Part shown: in pieces, positions 54,270-63,758 of the stretch
Numbering within the stretch: position 1 is the stretch's first letter
How the letters are laid out: each line of letters begins with the position of its first letter
From: an uncultured virus (IMG/VR IMGVR_UViG_2871731064_000001)
Taxonomy: Duplodnaviria; Heunggongvirae; Uroviricota; Caudoviricetes
Strand: one strand, 5' to 3'
Length of the DNA: 64,000 nt
IMG/VR virus record: IMGVR_UViG_2871731064_000001
The notes under the pieces: model-generated
What the model was told of the DNA's origin: nothing
Database searches by the model: none
Seen by the model: only the letters and a program-made list of their open reading frames with translations
Position numbers and translations under genes: made by a program

Positions 54270-55054
54270 TGGGACGGTACGACGAATTTTTGGCCGACAA
54301 TCCACCGACGATCAAAGAGGCCACCAGCAGTGAAACAGAGCAACCCTCTTCCGCCGTCGATACGCCGAATAGCAGCAGCGCTGTTATCGATCTGGACGCC
54401 GCCGCGCCAACCGCCGCCACGTCACCCGATGGCGATACCGCTGGCGGTCCTGATGACGCTAACAGCAATAGCAGTGAGGATCATGACCCGCTGAGCGCCC
54501 CGCTCCCAGACACCCTCGCGGCACGCGAACAGAGCACGGCGCTAAAGCCGCGCTACAAGGGTCACGCCTCGTTTAACAACATGGTCCGCCGCGACTGGAT
54601 TAAAGCGATTGAGAGCGATTACAGCGCGTTTCAGGCGCTGCTATACCTGCCGGACATGCGCGACGTTGGCGAGGTGGACGATGAAACGGGCTTTGAACAG
54701 CCGTCGTTTACCGAGCTCAACAACAACCAGCGTCACCTGAGCTATGAAGATGCTGATCCGGTCATTGTCACGGTGCTGGATTGTCCGGACGAGCGCGAAA
54801 GTTTCCAGGTGCTCGATGCCGATGGCGAACAGGACGGATTGACTGACGACGTGCTGATCCTGCGCATTGCCGCTGAAGGTGTGCCGGTTGGCTCAATTCT
54901 TGAGTGGAATGAAGAGATGGCCAGCGGCAACCTGGCGCGCCGCTGGTGGTACGTTCACCGCATTTACGGCTTCGGTACGCAGAATGTCGGATCGCTTTAC
55001 TACTGCATTCCTGCCCGCAATTTTGACACCACCAGCAACGGACGGATCGAATGA
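54269..55054 (+). CDS. P1 gp7-like tail protein
   Basis: Synteny and size; coupled operon. Confidence 0.55.
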   Translation: MGRYDEFLADNPPTIKEATSSETEQPSSAVDTPNSSSAVIDLDAAAPTAATSPDGDTAGGPDDANSNSSEDHDPLSAPLPDTLAAREQSTALKPRYKGHASFNNMVRRDWIKAIESDYSAFQALLYLPDMRDVGEVDDETGFEQPSFTELNNNQRHLSYEDADPVIVTVLDCPDERESFQVLDADGEQDGLTDDVLILRIAAEGVPVGSILEWNEEMASGNLARRWWYVHRIYGFGTQNVGSLYYCIPARNFDTTSNGRIE

Positions 55055-55821
55055 ATCAGCTGCTTTCCCGCACCCGTGAATGGGTGACTACACGCACTGG
55101 AAAAGTGGAGAGTACCGGTTTTACTGCCGCCGACGCCGCCGTAGCGAAGGCGCTGAATGACGTATTCAGCAGCGCCGTCATAACCAAGCCGCGGGAGCAT
55201 GAGCAGCGCTATAGCTCATTTCTGGCGCGAAAGCCGGAAGATCGTGTATTCGTCGGCAAGTTTGATGACGTCATGGATTTTCTGCGCGCCGTGCGCCAGG
55301 CGGGCGCCGGACGCCGCAGCGTGAAGGCGTCGGACATGCCAGACCTGAACCGTGACGCCCTGCCGCTGATCAACCTGTCTCGCGGGTTTGATATCACCTA
55401 TGACAACAACGACCAGGAGATAGACCGCAACCTGGGCCAGTTTACCGACCCGTCACAAGGCGATATGCCGCTGGCCCAGATTGAGGCTACACAGGCCTCG
55501 CTCAATTACTCCATCACGCTGATTGCCAGTGACAAAGATACGCTGTCACTGATGTGCAACACGCTGGCCGCTAACTTCCGCTCCCGGCTCACCACTAACT
55601 TCACGGCGCAGGAAAAGCTGGTCCACTGGCCCGTTGAGATCAACTGCAGCATTCAGGACGCCAAAACCATCATGTTCAGCGATATGTCGCCGCCGTTCAC
55701 CCAGGATCGGATTTACGCCTGCCAGGCGTCGCTGATTGTCATGGTGGATGTGCTGACCGCGCATGAAGTTGATGCCCGGAGCGTCCGCTATGACACCCAG
55801 CTGGCACCGGGAGGCAACTGA
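55051..55821 (+). CDS. P1 gp24-like tail/baseplate protein
   Basis: Synteny and size. Confidence 0.55.
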   Translation: MNQLLSRTREWVTTRTGKVESTGFTAADAAVAKALNDVFSSAVITKPREHEQRYSSFLARKPEDRVFVGKFDDVMDFLRAVRQAGAGRRSVKASDMPDLNRDALPLINLSRGFDITYDNNDQEIDRNLGQFTDPSQGDMPLAQIEATQASLNYSITLIASDKDTLSLMCNTLAANFRSRLTTNFTAQEKLVHWPVEINCSIQDAKTIMFSDMSPPFTQDRIYACQASLIVMVDVLTAHEVDARSVRYDTQLAPGGN

Positions 55822-56810
55822 TGGCTGATCAGCAAAACAAGCCTATGCAGTACTTCCTGCAGTCGGTCCTGCTTAATGGCGCGGAAATGCCGCGCAGCTG
55901 GATAACGTCCGTGATTTACATCGAGAAGACGTCGCTGACTGCGCCGCTGCTGGTACTGGAGACGCACGATCCAGCCGGAAAGCTGGTGGACGAAATGGGC
56001 GCCCGGTATGGCGCTGAGCTGGTGGCAGAGCTGGGCGACCCGACCGGGCAGCGCGGCGCGTACACAGAGACGTTTTTCGTGACGTCCGCGCCCGCCAGCG
56101 GTGACGTGGTGCGGATCATCGCCGTGTCAGCGGATTTGAAGCGTCTCAAAACCCCGTCTGCTCGCGTGCGACTGTATGCCGACCGCCAGCCGGGTGACGT
56201 CATGGCTGAGTTCGCTGGCAAAATGACGATTGAGGCTGATGCATTCCGCAAAGCGATGACCTATCACCTGAATATGGGTGAGAAACCGTCCAGCGTGCTG
56301 CGCCAGATAGCTGACGATCATGGCGCGCTGGTGTGGTGCGCCCGCGGTAAGTTCTGCATGAAGGACATGGCAAAGCTAATCGGCACAAAGGCAGCATTTG
56401 TCTATGAGGCTAACAACCCCCAGGCGGCTTACACGATCAGCAAGCTGAGCAACATCAATCAGGATGCCGCCGCCACCAGCAGCCGGGACTATCAGTATGT
56501 CGGCTATTCCATGACAGAGGGCTACGTAGCCGTGGGCGATAAGACGAAGCCGGTCAAATACATTTCTGACGCCGACGTGGCAACGCTGACAAACATGGCG
56601 CGGGTGATCGTTCCCAAACTGGATATTGAGGTCAGCGGCAACGCGGACGTCACCGCAGGCATGGTTATTGGCGTGCAGATCCACCGCTATGACGCGGAAA
56701 ACCAAGTAGACGAAACGTTACCCAAAAACTTTATCGCCATTGCGGTCATTCACCATGAGGATCGGATTGGCTACACCACGCGCATGATTTTAGGAGTACC
56801 CAATCAGTGA
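55821..56810 (+). CDS. P1 gp6-like baseplate hub protein
   Basis: Hub-like layout; precedes the spike gene. Confidence 0.6.
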   Translation: MADQQNKPMQYFLQSVLLNGAEMPRSWITSVIYIEKTSLTAPLLVLETHDPAGKLVDEMGARYGAELVAELGDPTGQRGAYTETFFVTSAPASGDVVRIIAVSADLKRLKTPSARVRLYADRQPGDVMAEFAGKMTIEADAFRKAMTYHLNMGEKPSSVLRQIADDHGALVWCARGKFCMKDMAKLIGTKAAFVYEANNPQAAYTISKLSNINQDAAATSSRDYQYVGYSMTEGYVAVGDKTKPVKYISDADVATLTNMARVIVPKLDIEVSGNADVTAGMVIGVQIHRYDAENQVDETLPKNFIAIAVIHHEDRIGYTTRMILGVPNQ

Positions 56811-57415
56811 GTAAGCAGCGTGCCATTATCACGGCGACTAAAGACCCGTTGGGCCATATGCGGGCGCAGATCCGCCTTACTCCGCAGTGGGCTGATGTGG
56901 ACGCGGATACCCTGCCCTGGGCTGAATATCAGCTTCCGATCGGCAACACGTTTGTACCCTGTATCGTTGGCGATCAGGTATGGGTGGAGTTCCCTTACAA
57001 AGACGGCCGCGGCAATCCGGATACCCGGCGCCCGCTAATCACCGGCGCGGCGCAGTCTGCACCGGGCGGCGTGCCAAGCGTCGCGCCTGAAGCCTCCGGA
57101 CAGGGTGGCGGGTATAAGCCGCCAGCTGTGGACGGTGCGCCAGCGCGTCCTTCCCTGAATCCGACTACGGATTTTGTGTCGCACCGCAATAACCTATTGG
57201 AGATCCGATCTGCTGGTGGCGGGTATGAGATTGCCAATACGGCCAGCGGTTCGCGGATCGGGATGAATGAGGGCGGGGATATTTACCTGCTGGGACCGGG
57301 CAATCTGGTAATCGACGTCGGCGGCAATCTGACTATTAAGATAGGCGGGAAAATCGTGTTCCAGTCTGGCGGAGTGTTCAGCGCAACCGCGGCGCAATTC
57401 GAGTTCAGTCAGTAA
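56807..57415 (+). CDS. Baseplate spike (gpV / P1 gp5-like)
   Basis: DP….RAQIR…LPWA…GDQVWVEF..G….P OB-fold and beta-helix C-terminus. Confidence 0.8.
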   Translation: MSKQRAIITATKDPLGHMRAQIRLTPQWADVDADTLPWAEYQLPIGNTFVPCIVGDQVWVEFPYKDGRGNPDTRRPLITGAAQSAPGGVPSVAPEASGQGGGYKPPAVDGAPARPSLNPTTDFVSHRNNLLEIRSAGGGYEIANTASGSRIGMNEGGDIYLLGPGNLVIDVGGNLTIKIGGKIVFQSGGVFSATAAQFEFSQ

Positions 57416-57479
57416 GGGTTATCTTAAATCTAAAAATTTATTTAGAATGTATTAACTATTTTAGTTGAGACATTTCTGA

Positions 57480-58388
57480 ATGAAATCCCCCTTCTTTAAA
57501 AACGTCATGGTCTACAGCCTGAACCGGGACATTCCGCTCGATGCGGAGGAACTGGAGCAGCAGCTGCAGACTATGGCGTTTTCTCCCTGTGCTGCGCAGG
57601 ACATGGCTAAATCAGGCTGGATCAATGTGACGTCTGACAGCATGTTACTGGCTGAGAACGGTCAGTACCTGCTGTGCTGTCAGCATGAAACCAAAATCAT
57701 GCCAGTCGCAACGCTCAATGATTACGTTGCCGAGAAAGTGGAGAAAATTGAGCGTGAGCAGGCGCGCAAGGTGCGCCGCAGTGAAAGAGTCAGCCTGAGA
57801 GACGAGGCGCTGTGTGTGCTTCTGCCGCGTGCTTTTTCACGGCGCTCTGAGTCGTACATCTGGATCGACAGCGTTAACAGCCGCATCTACGTTGACGCGG
57901 CCAGCGCTAAATCTGCTGAAGACATGCTGGCGCTACTGCGCAAAACCATCGGCTCACTGCCGGTTATTCCGATGATGGCCGCTGATCCTATTGAGCTGAC
58001 GCTGACTGAATGGCTGCGCGCCGCAGAACTGCCTGCCGGTTTTGCGCTGGGCGACGAGGCTGAGCTGGCGGCAATACTGGAAGATGGCGGCAAAATCCGC
58101 TGCAAAAAACAGGATTTGCTGAGCGACGAAGTGCGTACACACATTGAGGCCGGAAAGCTGGTCACGCAGCTTAGCCTGGACTGGCAGGAGCGCATTTTCT
58201 GCCGCGTATCCGATGACCTGAGTATTAAGGGCATTAAGTACGCTGACATGCTCACCCAGCAGAATGATGATATCGACCGCGAGGATCAGCGCGCACGCAT
58301 GCTGGCTGATTTTCTGCTCTTTACGTCTGAGTTTTCCAGCTTCTTCTCCGGGCTGGTGGAAGCGCTGGGCGGCGAGGCGAAGCGATGA
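57480..58388 (+). CDS. hrdC: RdgC homologue
   Basis: FFKN..VY, LLPRAFS, LLRKTIGSLP, GKLVT.L.LDW; operator upstream. Confidence 0.92.
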   Translation: MKSPFFKNVMVYSLNRDIPLDAEELEQQLQTMAFSPCAAQDMAKSGWINVTSDSMLLAENGQYLLCCQHETKIMPVATLNDYVAEKVEKIEREQARKVRRSERVSLRDEALCVLLPRAFSRRSESYIWIDSVNSRIYVDAASAKSAEDMLALLRKTIGSLPVIPMMAADPIELTLTEWLRAAELPAGFALGDEAELAAILEDGGKIRCKKQDLLSDEVRTHIEAGKLVTQLSLDWQERIFCRVSDDLSIKGIKYADMLTQQNDDIDREDQRARMLADFLLFTSEFSSFFSGLVEALGGEAKR

Positions 58389-61102
58389 TCACCTATGGTT
58401 CCGTTTGCTCCGGCATTGAAGCGGCCAGCGTGGCGTGGGACGGGCTGGGATGGAAAGCGGCATGGTTCGCGGAGATTGAAAAGTTTCCCGCGGCCGTGCT
58501 GGCACACCACTATCCCGACGTCCCTAACCTGGGCGACATGACCAAAATTGCCGCTGGCGTTCGCGCTGGCTCTATCCTTGCCCCCGCTGTGATGGTTGGC
58601 GGCACCCCGTGCCAGGCGTTCTCTATCGCCGGACTCCGTAAAAGCCTTGACGACCCTCGCGGTCAACTCACCCTTGCCTATGTAGATTTAGCGAATGCCA
58701 TTGATGAAAAACGAGTCTCAAACGGCGAACCACCAGCCGTCCACCTGTGGGAAAACGTGCCGGGAAGCCTCAGCACCGACGACAACGCCTTTGGATACTT
58801 CCTTGCCGGAATGGCTGGAGAAGATGAAGCGTTTGAACCAGGCCCACGACCTGAGCAAGGGAAAAACGGCCCTGGCTGGCGATGGAAAAAAAGCGACGGC
58901 AAGCATGTGGCGAAGTGGCCAAAGTCTGGTTGTGTTATTGGACGACAGCGCAAACTCGCCTGGCGACTGCTCGATGCCCAATACTTCGGAGTGGCCCAAC
59001 GCCGCCGCCGTGTGTTCGTTGTCTCAAGTGCTCGAAACGACGTTGATCCCGCAGAAGTACTTCTTGAGTTCGACGGCGTGCGCCGGGATTCTCCGCCGCG
59101 CAGAGAAACGGGGCAGGCAGTTGCCCCCCTTACTGCTAACGGCTCTGGAGTCGGTGGCCCTGACTTCTCCCACGCCGCAGCCGGTCACTTAATTTCAGCA
59201 TTTGGCGGCGGTAACTGCTCAGGTGCGCTTAACGTAGCCGCGTGCCTGACCGCAAAAGGCCAGCGCAATGATTTTGACGTAGAGACGTTTGCAGTGCAGA
59301 GCGCTACTGGCGAGGTAAGCCACACCCTTACAGCAGAAGGTCATGATGCGTCAGAAGATGGTACTGGGCGTGGTACGCCTGTCGTGGCTTTCTCTTCTAA
59401 TGGACATGGCTCATTTGCTGAAGGGATTTCAGCATTAAGGGCTAAATCTGGCGCTGACCATGAAAGTATTGCAGTGCGCGTTATTCACGGCACACAGGAT
59501 CCAAACCTACTAAATAACTTGGCTCATACCATCGGATGCAATCAAGGGCAGGAGAATGTCATATTGGCGTTCTCTTCCAAAGACTACGGGCAGGATGCGG
59601 TAGAGGGCATATCTCCAACTTTACGGGCAGGCGGGCATGCTGAAAGCCATGCTAATGCTGGCGCGCCACCAGCAGTGGCTTACGGCTTCCAGACTCGCAT
59701 AGCGCGTAATGGCCGCGGCAACATGGCTGATGTTTGCCATACGCTTAGCGCTGAATCCGGGGAAACGGGCAAAGGCGATGCAGCGCCCTGTGTGGCCCGC
59801 TGCGTAGAGCATGCTGCGTTTGCTGAAAACACCCGTGGCGAGCTCCGGTTGTTCAATGGTGATGGCCAGATCACCGGCGCACTGTCAGCTGGTGGAGGTA
59901 AACCCGGACAGGGCTTCCCGTCTGTAGTCAGTCACTGCGAAGTTCGCCGTCTTACTCCAAAGGAGTGTGAGCGTCTGCAGGGCTTCCCGGATGGCTGGAC
60001 CCTGATCCCGGAAAAGAAGCGCAATATACTTGCCGCTGATGAACTGGCATACCTACGCCTGATGCACCCTGATATGCCGGAAGAAGAGGCGCACCGGCTG
60101 GCGGCTGATGGTCCGCGCTATAAAGCGATCGGTAACTCTATGCCCGTGCCGGTCATGCGCTGGATTGGCAATCGCATTGCTAATCAAATCATGTTGGTGA
60201 CTGGCGAAATTGAGACTCAGCCAGCGGCCTTCCCCGCTCCGCCTGCCGCAAAGAAAAAGCGTGCGCCGGCGCGCAAGATTGCGGACGACAAATATCCCCG
60301 TTCATTCCTGAAATGGGCGGGCGGTAAATACTCTGTACTGGATGAAGTGCTGGCAATGCTTCCTGCTGGCGACCGTCTCATTGAGCCCTTCGTCGGCAGT
60401 GGTACGGTCTTTATCAACGCAGGATTTAAGCGCAACCTGTTGGGTGATGTTAACCCGGACCTGATTAACCTGTTCAATCAGTTGCAGGGCAATCCTGATG
60501 CCGTAATTAAGACGGCCTACCAGCTGGAGCGAGGCTGCATATCCGGTAAGGCACATGATGCAATCCGGACCGAGTTTAACGGGCGCGAGGCACACGCTGT
60601 ACGCCACGCAGCGCTTTTCCTCGCGCTAATGCGCACCAGCTACAACGGTTTGTGCCGGTACAATCAAAAAGGCCTGTTTAACGTGGGCTGGAATAAAAAA
60701 GGTGAAGCGAACTACTTCCCGATGGATGAACTGGCGCACTTCACCGGCATGCAGAAAGAAATGACGTTCATGTGTGCCGGATTTGAGGATGTGATCGCGC
60801 AGGCGGGTGAAGGTGATGTAGTGTTTTGTGATCCACCTTATGAGCCTCTGCCGGACGAAGCCGGGTTTACGGCCTACAGCGGCACCTCATTCACGTTTGC
60901 AGATCAGGTGCGGCTGGTGGAGAGCCTTGTCGTAGCGAGGGACCGTGGGGCTAAGGTGGTTATCACAAACAGCAGCGCACCTGCCATTCTGCATCTGTAC
61001 ATCAGCAACGGCTTCAGAATCGCCCCGCTGGCCACACGCCGCTCCGTATCTTGCAAAAGTGAGACGCGCAAAACGGTCAACGACATAATTGCCGCTCTCT
61101 AA
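58385..61102 (+). CDS. dmt: Fused C5-cytosine and Dam-type adenine DNA methyltransferase
   Basis: SVCSGIEA, GTPCQ, WENV, AQRRRR, RLQGFPD and GNS motifs, then KWAGGK, EPFVGSG and DPPY. Confidence 0.92.
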   Translation: MITYGSVCSGIEAASVAWDGLGWKAAWFAEIEKFPAAVLAHHYPDVPNLGDMTKIAAGVRAGSILAPAVMVGGTPCQAFSIAGLRKSLDDPRGQLTLAYVDLANAIDEKRVSNGEPPAVHLWENVPGSLSTDDNAFGYFLAGMAGEDEAFEPGPRPEQGKNGPGWRWKKSDGKHVAKWPKSGCVIGRQRKLAWRLLDAQYFGVAQRRRRVFVVSSARNDVDPAEVLLEFDGVRRDSPPRRETGQAVAPLTANGSGVGGPDFSHAAAGHLISAFGGGNCSGALNVAACLTAKGQRNDFDVETFAVQSATGEVSHTLTAEGHDASEDGTGRGTPVVAFSSNGHGSFAEGISALRAKSGADHESIAVRVIHGTQDPNLLNNLAHTIGCNQGQENVILAFSSKDYGQDAVEGISPTLRAGGHAESHANAGAPPAVAYGFQTRIARNGRGNMADVCHTLSAESGETGKGDAAPCVARCVEHAAFAENTRGELRLFNGDGQITGALSAGGGKPGQGFPSVVSHCEVRRLTPKECERLQGFPDGWTLIPEKKRNILAADELAYLRLMHPDMPEEEAHRLAADGPRYKAIGNSMPVPVMRWIGNRIANQIMLVTGEIETQPAAFPAPPAAKKKRAPARKIADDKYPRSFLKWAGGKYSVLDEVLAMLPAGDRLIEPFVGSGTVFINAGFKRNLLGDVNPDLINLFNQLQGNPDAVIKTAYQLERGCISGKAHDAIRTEFNGREAHAVRHAALFLALMRTSYNGLCRYNQKGLFNVGWNKKGEANYFPMDELAHFTGMQKEMTFMCAGFEDVIAQAGEGDVVFCDPPYEPLPDEAGFTAYSGTSFTFADQVRLVESLVVARDRGAKVVITNSSAPAILHLYISNGFRIAPLATRRSVSCKSETRKTVNDIIAAL

Positions 61103-61109
61103 AACGAAC

Positions 61110-61135
61110 GAAACCCGCTTTATGCGGGTTTTTTG
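61110..61135 (+). terminator. Intrinsic terminator
   Basis: AAACCCGC-TTTAT-GCGGGTTTTTT. Confidence 0.75.
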
Positions 61136-61279
61136 TCTTTGCTGGACTATCAGCAGAGCACGTATTTTTGATGCCAATTTTTATTGGAGTGTCATTGATG
61201 ATCAATGGAACGGTCTGCCACTGTTTACAGCCAGTAATCAGCGAGTATTATTGATGATGTAATGTACAGGGAGATAAAA

Positions 61280-62092
61280 ATGGACGCAGCCTTGCTTGAA
61301 ATGATGCGCTCAGGTGGAAGGAATAAAGCCTGGGCTGAAACAATGGTCAACCTTGAAGCCAGAAAGCTGATTAATACAGCTAACAGGCTGTCAGCCTTAC
61401 ATCTTAACGATGGGCTTACCCGGATGCAGTTTGTCCAGGAAATAAAATCGGTTGTTGATAAGCAGTTTGCCGCCGCCCGACAAGCAAAATCTGATGAAGA
61501 ATGTCTGGAGTGCGTTAAACAGCTTAGATCTGAAACAGAAAACCTTGAAGAGCAAGGAAGATTACTGCTCACAAAGGCAGCACAACTCTATGCCAAAGTG
61601 GAGTTTGTTCGCGAAAACAACAAAATTGTGGGTTACATGATTTCCGCTGTTCATGTCGCGCTTTCAAGTTTTTCTGTTGTCGGCGGTGCTTTGATGATCG
61701 CGACAATGACACCTGTTGGCATACTGGCTGGTGCCGTTCTCGTTGTTGACGGGGCTAATGGCGTGACCAAAGAATTTATTACCAACCTGTCTGACGTACA
61801 AACAGAAGGAATTATTGCCGATGGTGCAATGCAGGCTGCAAAATTCATGGGATTTAAACCAGAGTCAGGACTGGCTTTCTACAATACGCTAACACTCTCA
61901 GCCAGTGTTTACAGCGTTTGGGGGCTGGCGAGAAAGCCTGCCGCATGGCGGCTTTTCAAATGGATGCCTCGCGATTACTTCCGTAAGATTGACACCATGA
62001 GCCGTCCAAAGCTGACCATGAAAATAATCGGATGGGGTGTAACGGCTAAGGTGACATTCGATTTACTCAGCGTAAGTGATCAATCACGCTAA
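61280..62092 (+). CDS. DUF4225-like protein with a Gly-rich hydrophobic hairpin
   Basis: GAVLVVDGAN, A.FMGF, LFKW…DY; GGAG RBS. Confidence 0.65.
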   Translation: MDAALLEMMRSGGRNKAWAETMVNLEARKLINTANRLSALHLNDGLTRMQFVQEIKSVVDKQFAAARQAKSDEECLECVKQLRSETENLEEQGRLLLTKAAQLYAKVEFVRENNKIVGYMISAVHVALSSFSVVGGALMIATMTPVGILAGAVLVVDGANGVTKEFITNLSDVQTEGIIADGAMQAAKFMGFKPESGLAFYNTLTLSASVYSVWGLARKPAAWRLFKWMPRDYFRKIDTMSRPKLTMKIIGWGVTAKVTFDLLSVSDQSR

Positions 62093-62404
62093 GCCTTTTT
62101 TCGACCGCCAGTAGCGCCATGATTTCCAGGCCAGCACTGGCGGTTGAATAAACGTCACAATGACTGCACAGAACAGCAGAGATAAGCCTCCCCCTAAAAT
62201 GTATGGTTTAGTCGAGAAACAAAGAAGAAATACAAAGACTAGCGTGAAGGCTGAAACGATCCATAACAGGACTCTAAATCTGTTGCTTAACTCCACTACT
62301 GCTTCGTGCAGCGTTCCACCATAGCTTTCAATATTATTTTTGATTATTTTCAAATCAGCATCAGTAAAACCGGACTTCAATAACTCTGATTCATTAACTG
62401 TCAT
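62084..62404 (-). CDS. Small 2-TM protein
   Basis: Convergent with and overlapping the DUF4225-like gene; two TM helices. Confidence 0.7.
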   Translation of the reverse strand: MTVNESELLKSGFTDADLKIIKNNIESYGGTLHEAVVELSNRFRVLLWIVSAFTLVFVFLLCFSTKPYILGGGLSLLFCAVIVTFIQPPVLAWKSWRYWRSKKGLA

Positions 62405-62541
62405 GGTGCTTTACCTTTCATCCTTAAAACGTTAAGTCATTCTAACGCAATTATATACGTGCATGACTCTCATACATCAACTTCCTTTGGCACTATAAAG
62501 GACTTCCGGACCATGTAAATGTGTTAAGAAACCGCCAAATC

Positions 62542-62949
62542 TTAGGTTAGCTTCATCCCGGTATCCCAGAAGGCTGGTAGTGATTCTGCCGGAATGCCTC
62601 GCGGTGTTTTTAGCAACTGCAGCGCCTGATCCATCGTGATGTGCTCACAGGCATACTCACGGAAAAGATAGCCAATAAGCCCTGCCGCCTTTGCTTCTCT
62701 GGCTCTTACGTTGTAAGCAGCCTGACATTCAGCACTCACACGGCTGGTTTCTTTGAAATAGTAGTCTCTCGCTCTCGCGTAATCATCTGTGCAGGCCACC
62801 AGCACATTTCCTGCGATCACTTCATAGCGCCCCTGGCAGTCTTCTCCGCAGTCCAGTAGCTGCACGCCCGTTCTTTCAGAAGATGCCAGTACGGTTTTCT
62901 GAACAGGCAAATTAGCATCGGTGATCATTCGTCCGTAAACATCATTCAT
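62542..62949 (-). CDS. Hypothetical protein
   Basis: AAGGA RBS; 135 aa. Confidence 0.65.
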   Translation of the reverse strand: MNDVYGRMITDANLPVQKTVLASSERTGVQLLDCGEDCQGRYEVIAGNVLVACTDDYARARDYYFKETSRVSAECQAAYNVRAREAKAAGLIGYLFREYACEHITMDQALQLLKTPRGIPAESLPAFWDTGMKLT

Positions 62950-63091
62950 TTCGCATTCCTTTTCTTCAGTAAGTGATGGCGCAACCTGCCGCGAAGCCAG
63001 ACTATACGGGAAAAGTGGCGAAAACTTAAAGTTATTTTTATGAAAATTTTATACTTTAAAATCTAATGCAAATACTGCAGCTCACCCTTCT

Positions 63092-63112
63092 AAATTACAA
63101 ACCCTCTATTCT
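63092..63112 (+). promoter_or_regulatory. Putative late promoter
   Basis: AAATTACA-N7-TATTCT. Confidence 0.6.
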
Positions 63113-63142
63113 CCTCGCTCGTTTAACCAGATCGGATGGATT

Positions 63143-63721
63143 ATGAGCAACCGTAAGCCCACGCATTTTGAACTATTCCACAACCTGAACATGGCGTTGC
63201 GCGAAGATCCGCAGTTTCAGTATGAGTACAACTACTCGCGTGAAACGCGGACGCTGATTGAAACGCCATACTGGCGTCTCACCCCCTCACAGCGCACCAC
63301 TCGTAACACAATGATTGAGCAGACGATGGCGAACGCCACAGCGGAGGATACCCGCGTGCGCATGATGGCCATGCGTCCGGAACATCGCTACATGTTGATC
63401 CCTGCCTACATCTGCCAGGCTGCGACAGAGTTCTATATGGACATGAAAGATTCACTGTCCGACGAGCCAGAAACCATCGAGCTTATGCCGGTAATGTGGT
63501 CTGCGATCTACGCGCTTAATTTGGGACGCGATATGTCTACTGACGCCTGGAGCGAAATGTCTCCGGCAGATCAACAGACGCAGGCCAAGTGGGTTGAAAA
63601 GGTACTGAGTACCGTCAAGCTGTCGCGTTATATCACTGATGCAAGCCGCGCCGTCTGGCTGGCCTTGTTCGTGACATTCAGTGATATCCCTGATGACTTC
63701 TATGAACTGATGGAGTCGTGA
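63143..63721 (+). CDS. Hypothetical late protein
   Basis: 192-aa ORF behind the late-promoter motif. Confidence 0.7.
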   Translation: MSNRKPTHFELFHNLNMALREDPQFQYEYNYSRETRTLIETPYWRLTPSQRTTRNTMIEQTMANATAEDTRVRMMAMRPEHRYMLIPAYICQAATEFYMDMKDSLSDEPETIELMPVMWSAIYALNLGRDMSTDAWSEMSPADQQTQAKWVEKVLSTVKLSRYITDASRAVWLALFVTFSDIPDDFYELMES

Positions 63722-63758
63722 TGACCAGTAAGGCGCGCTCCGGCGCCGGGGTGGGCTG

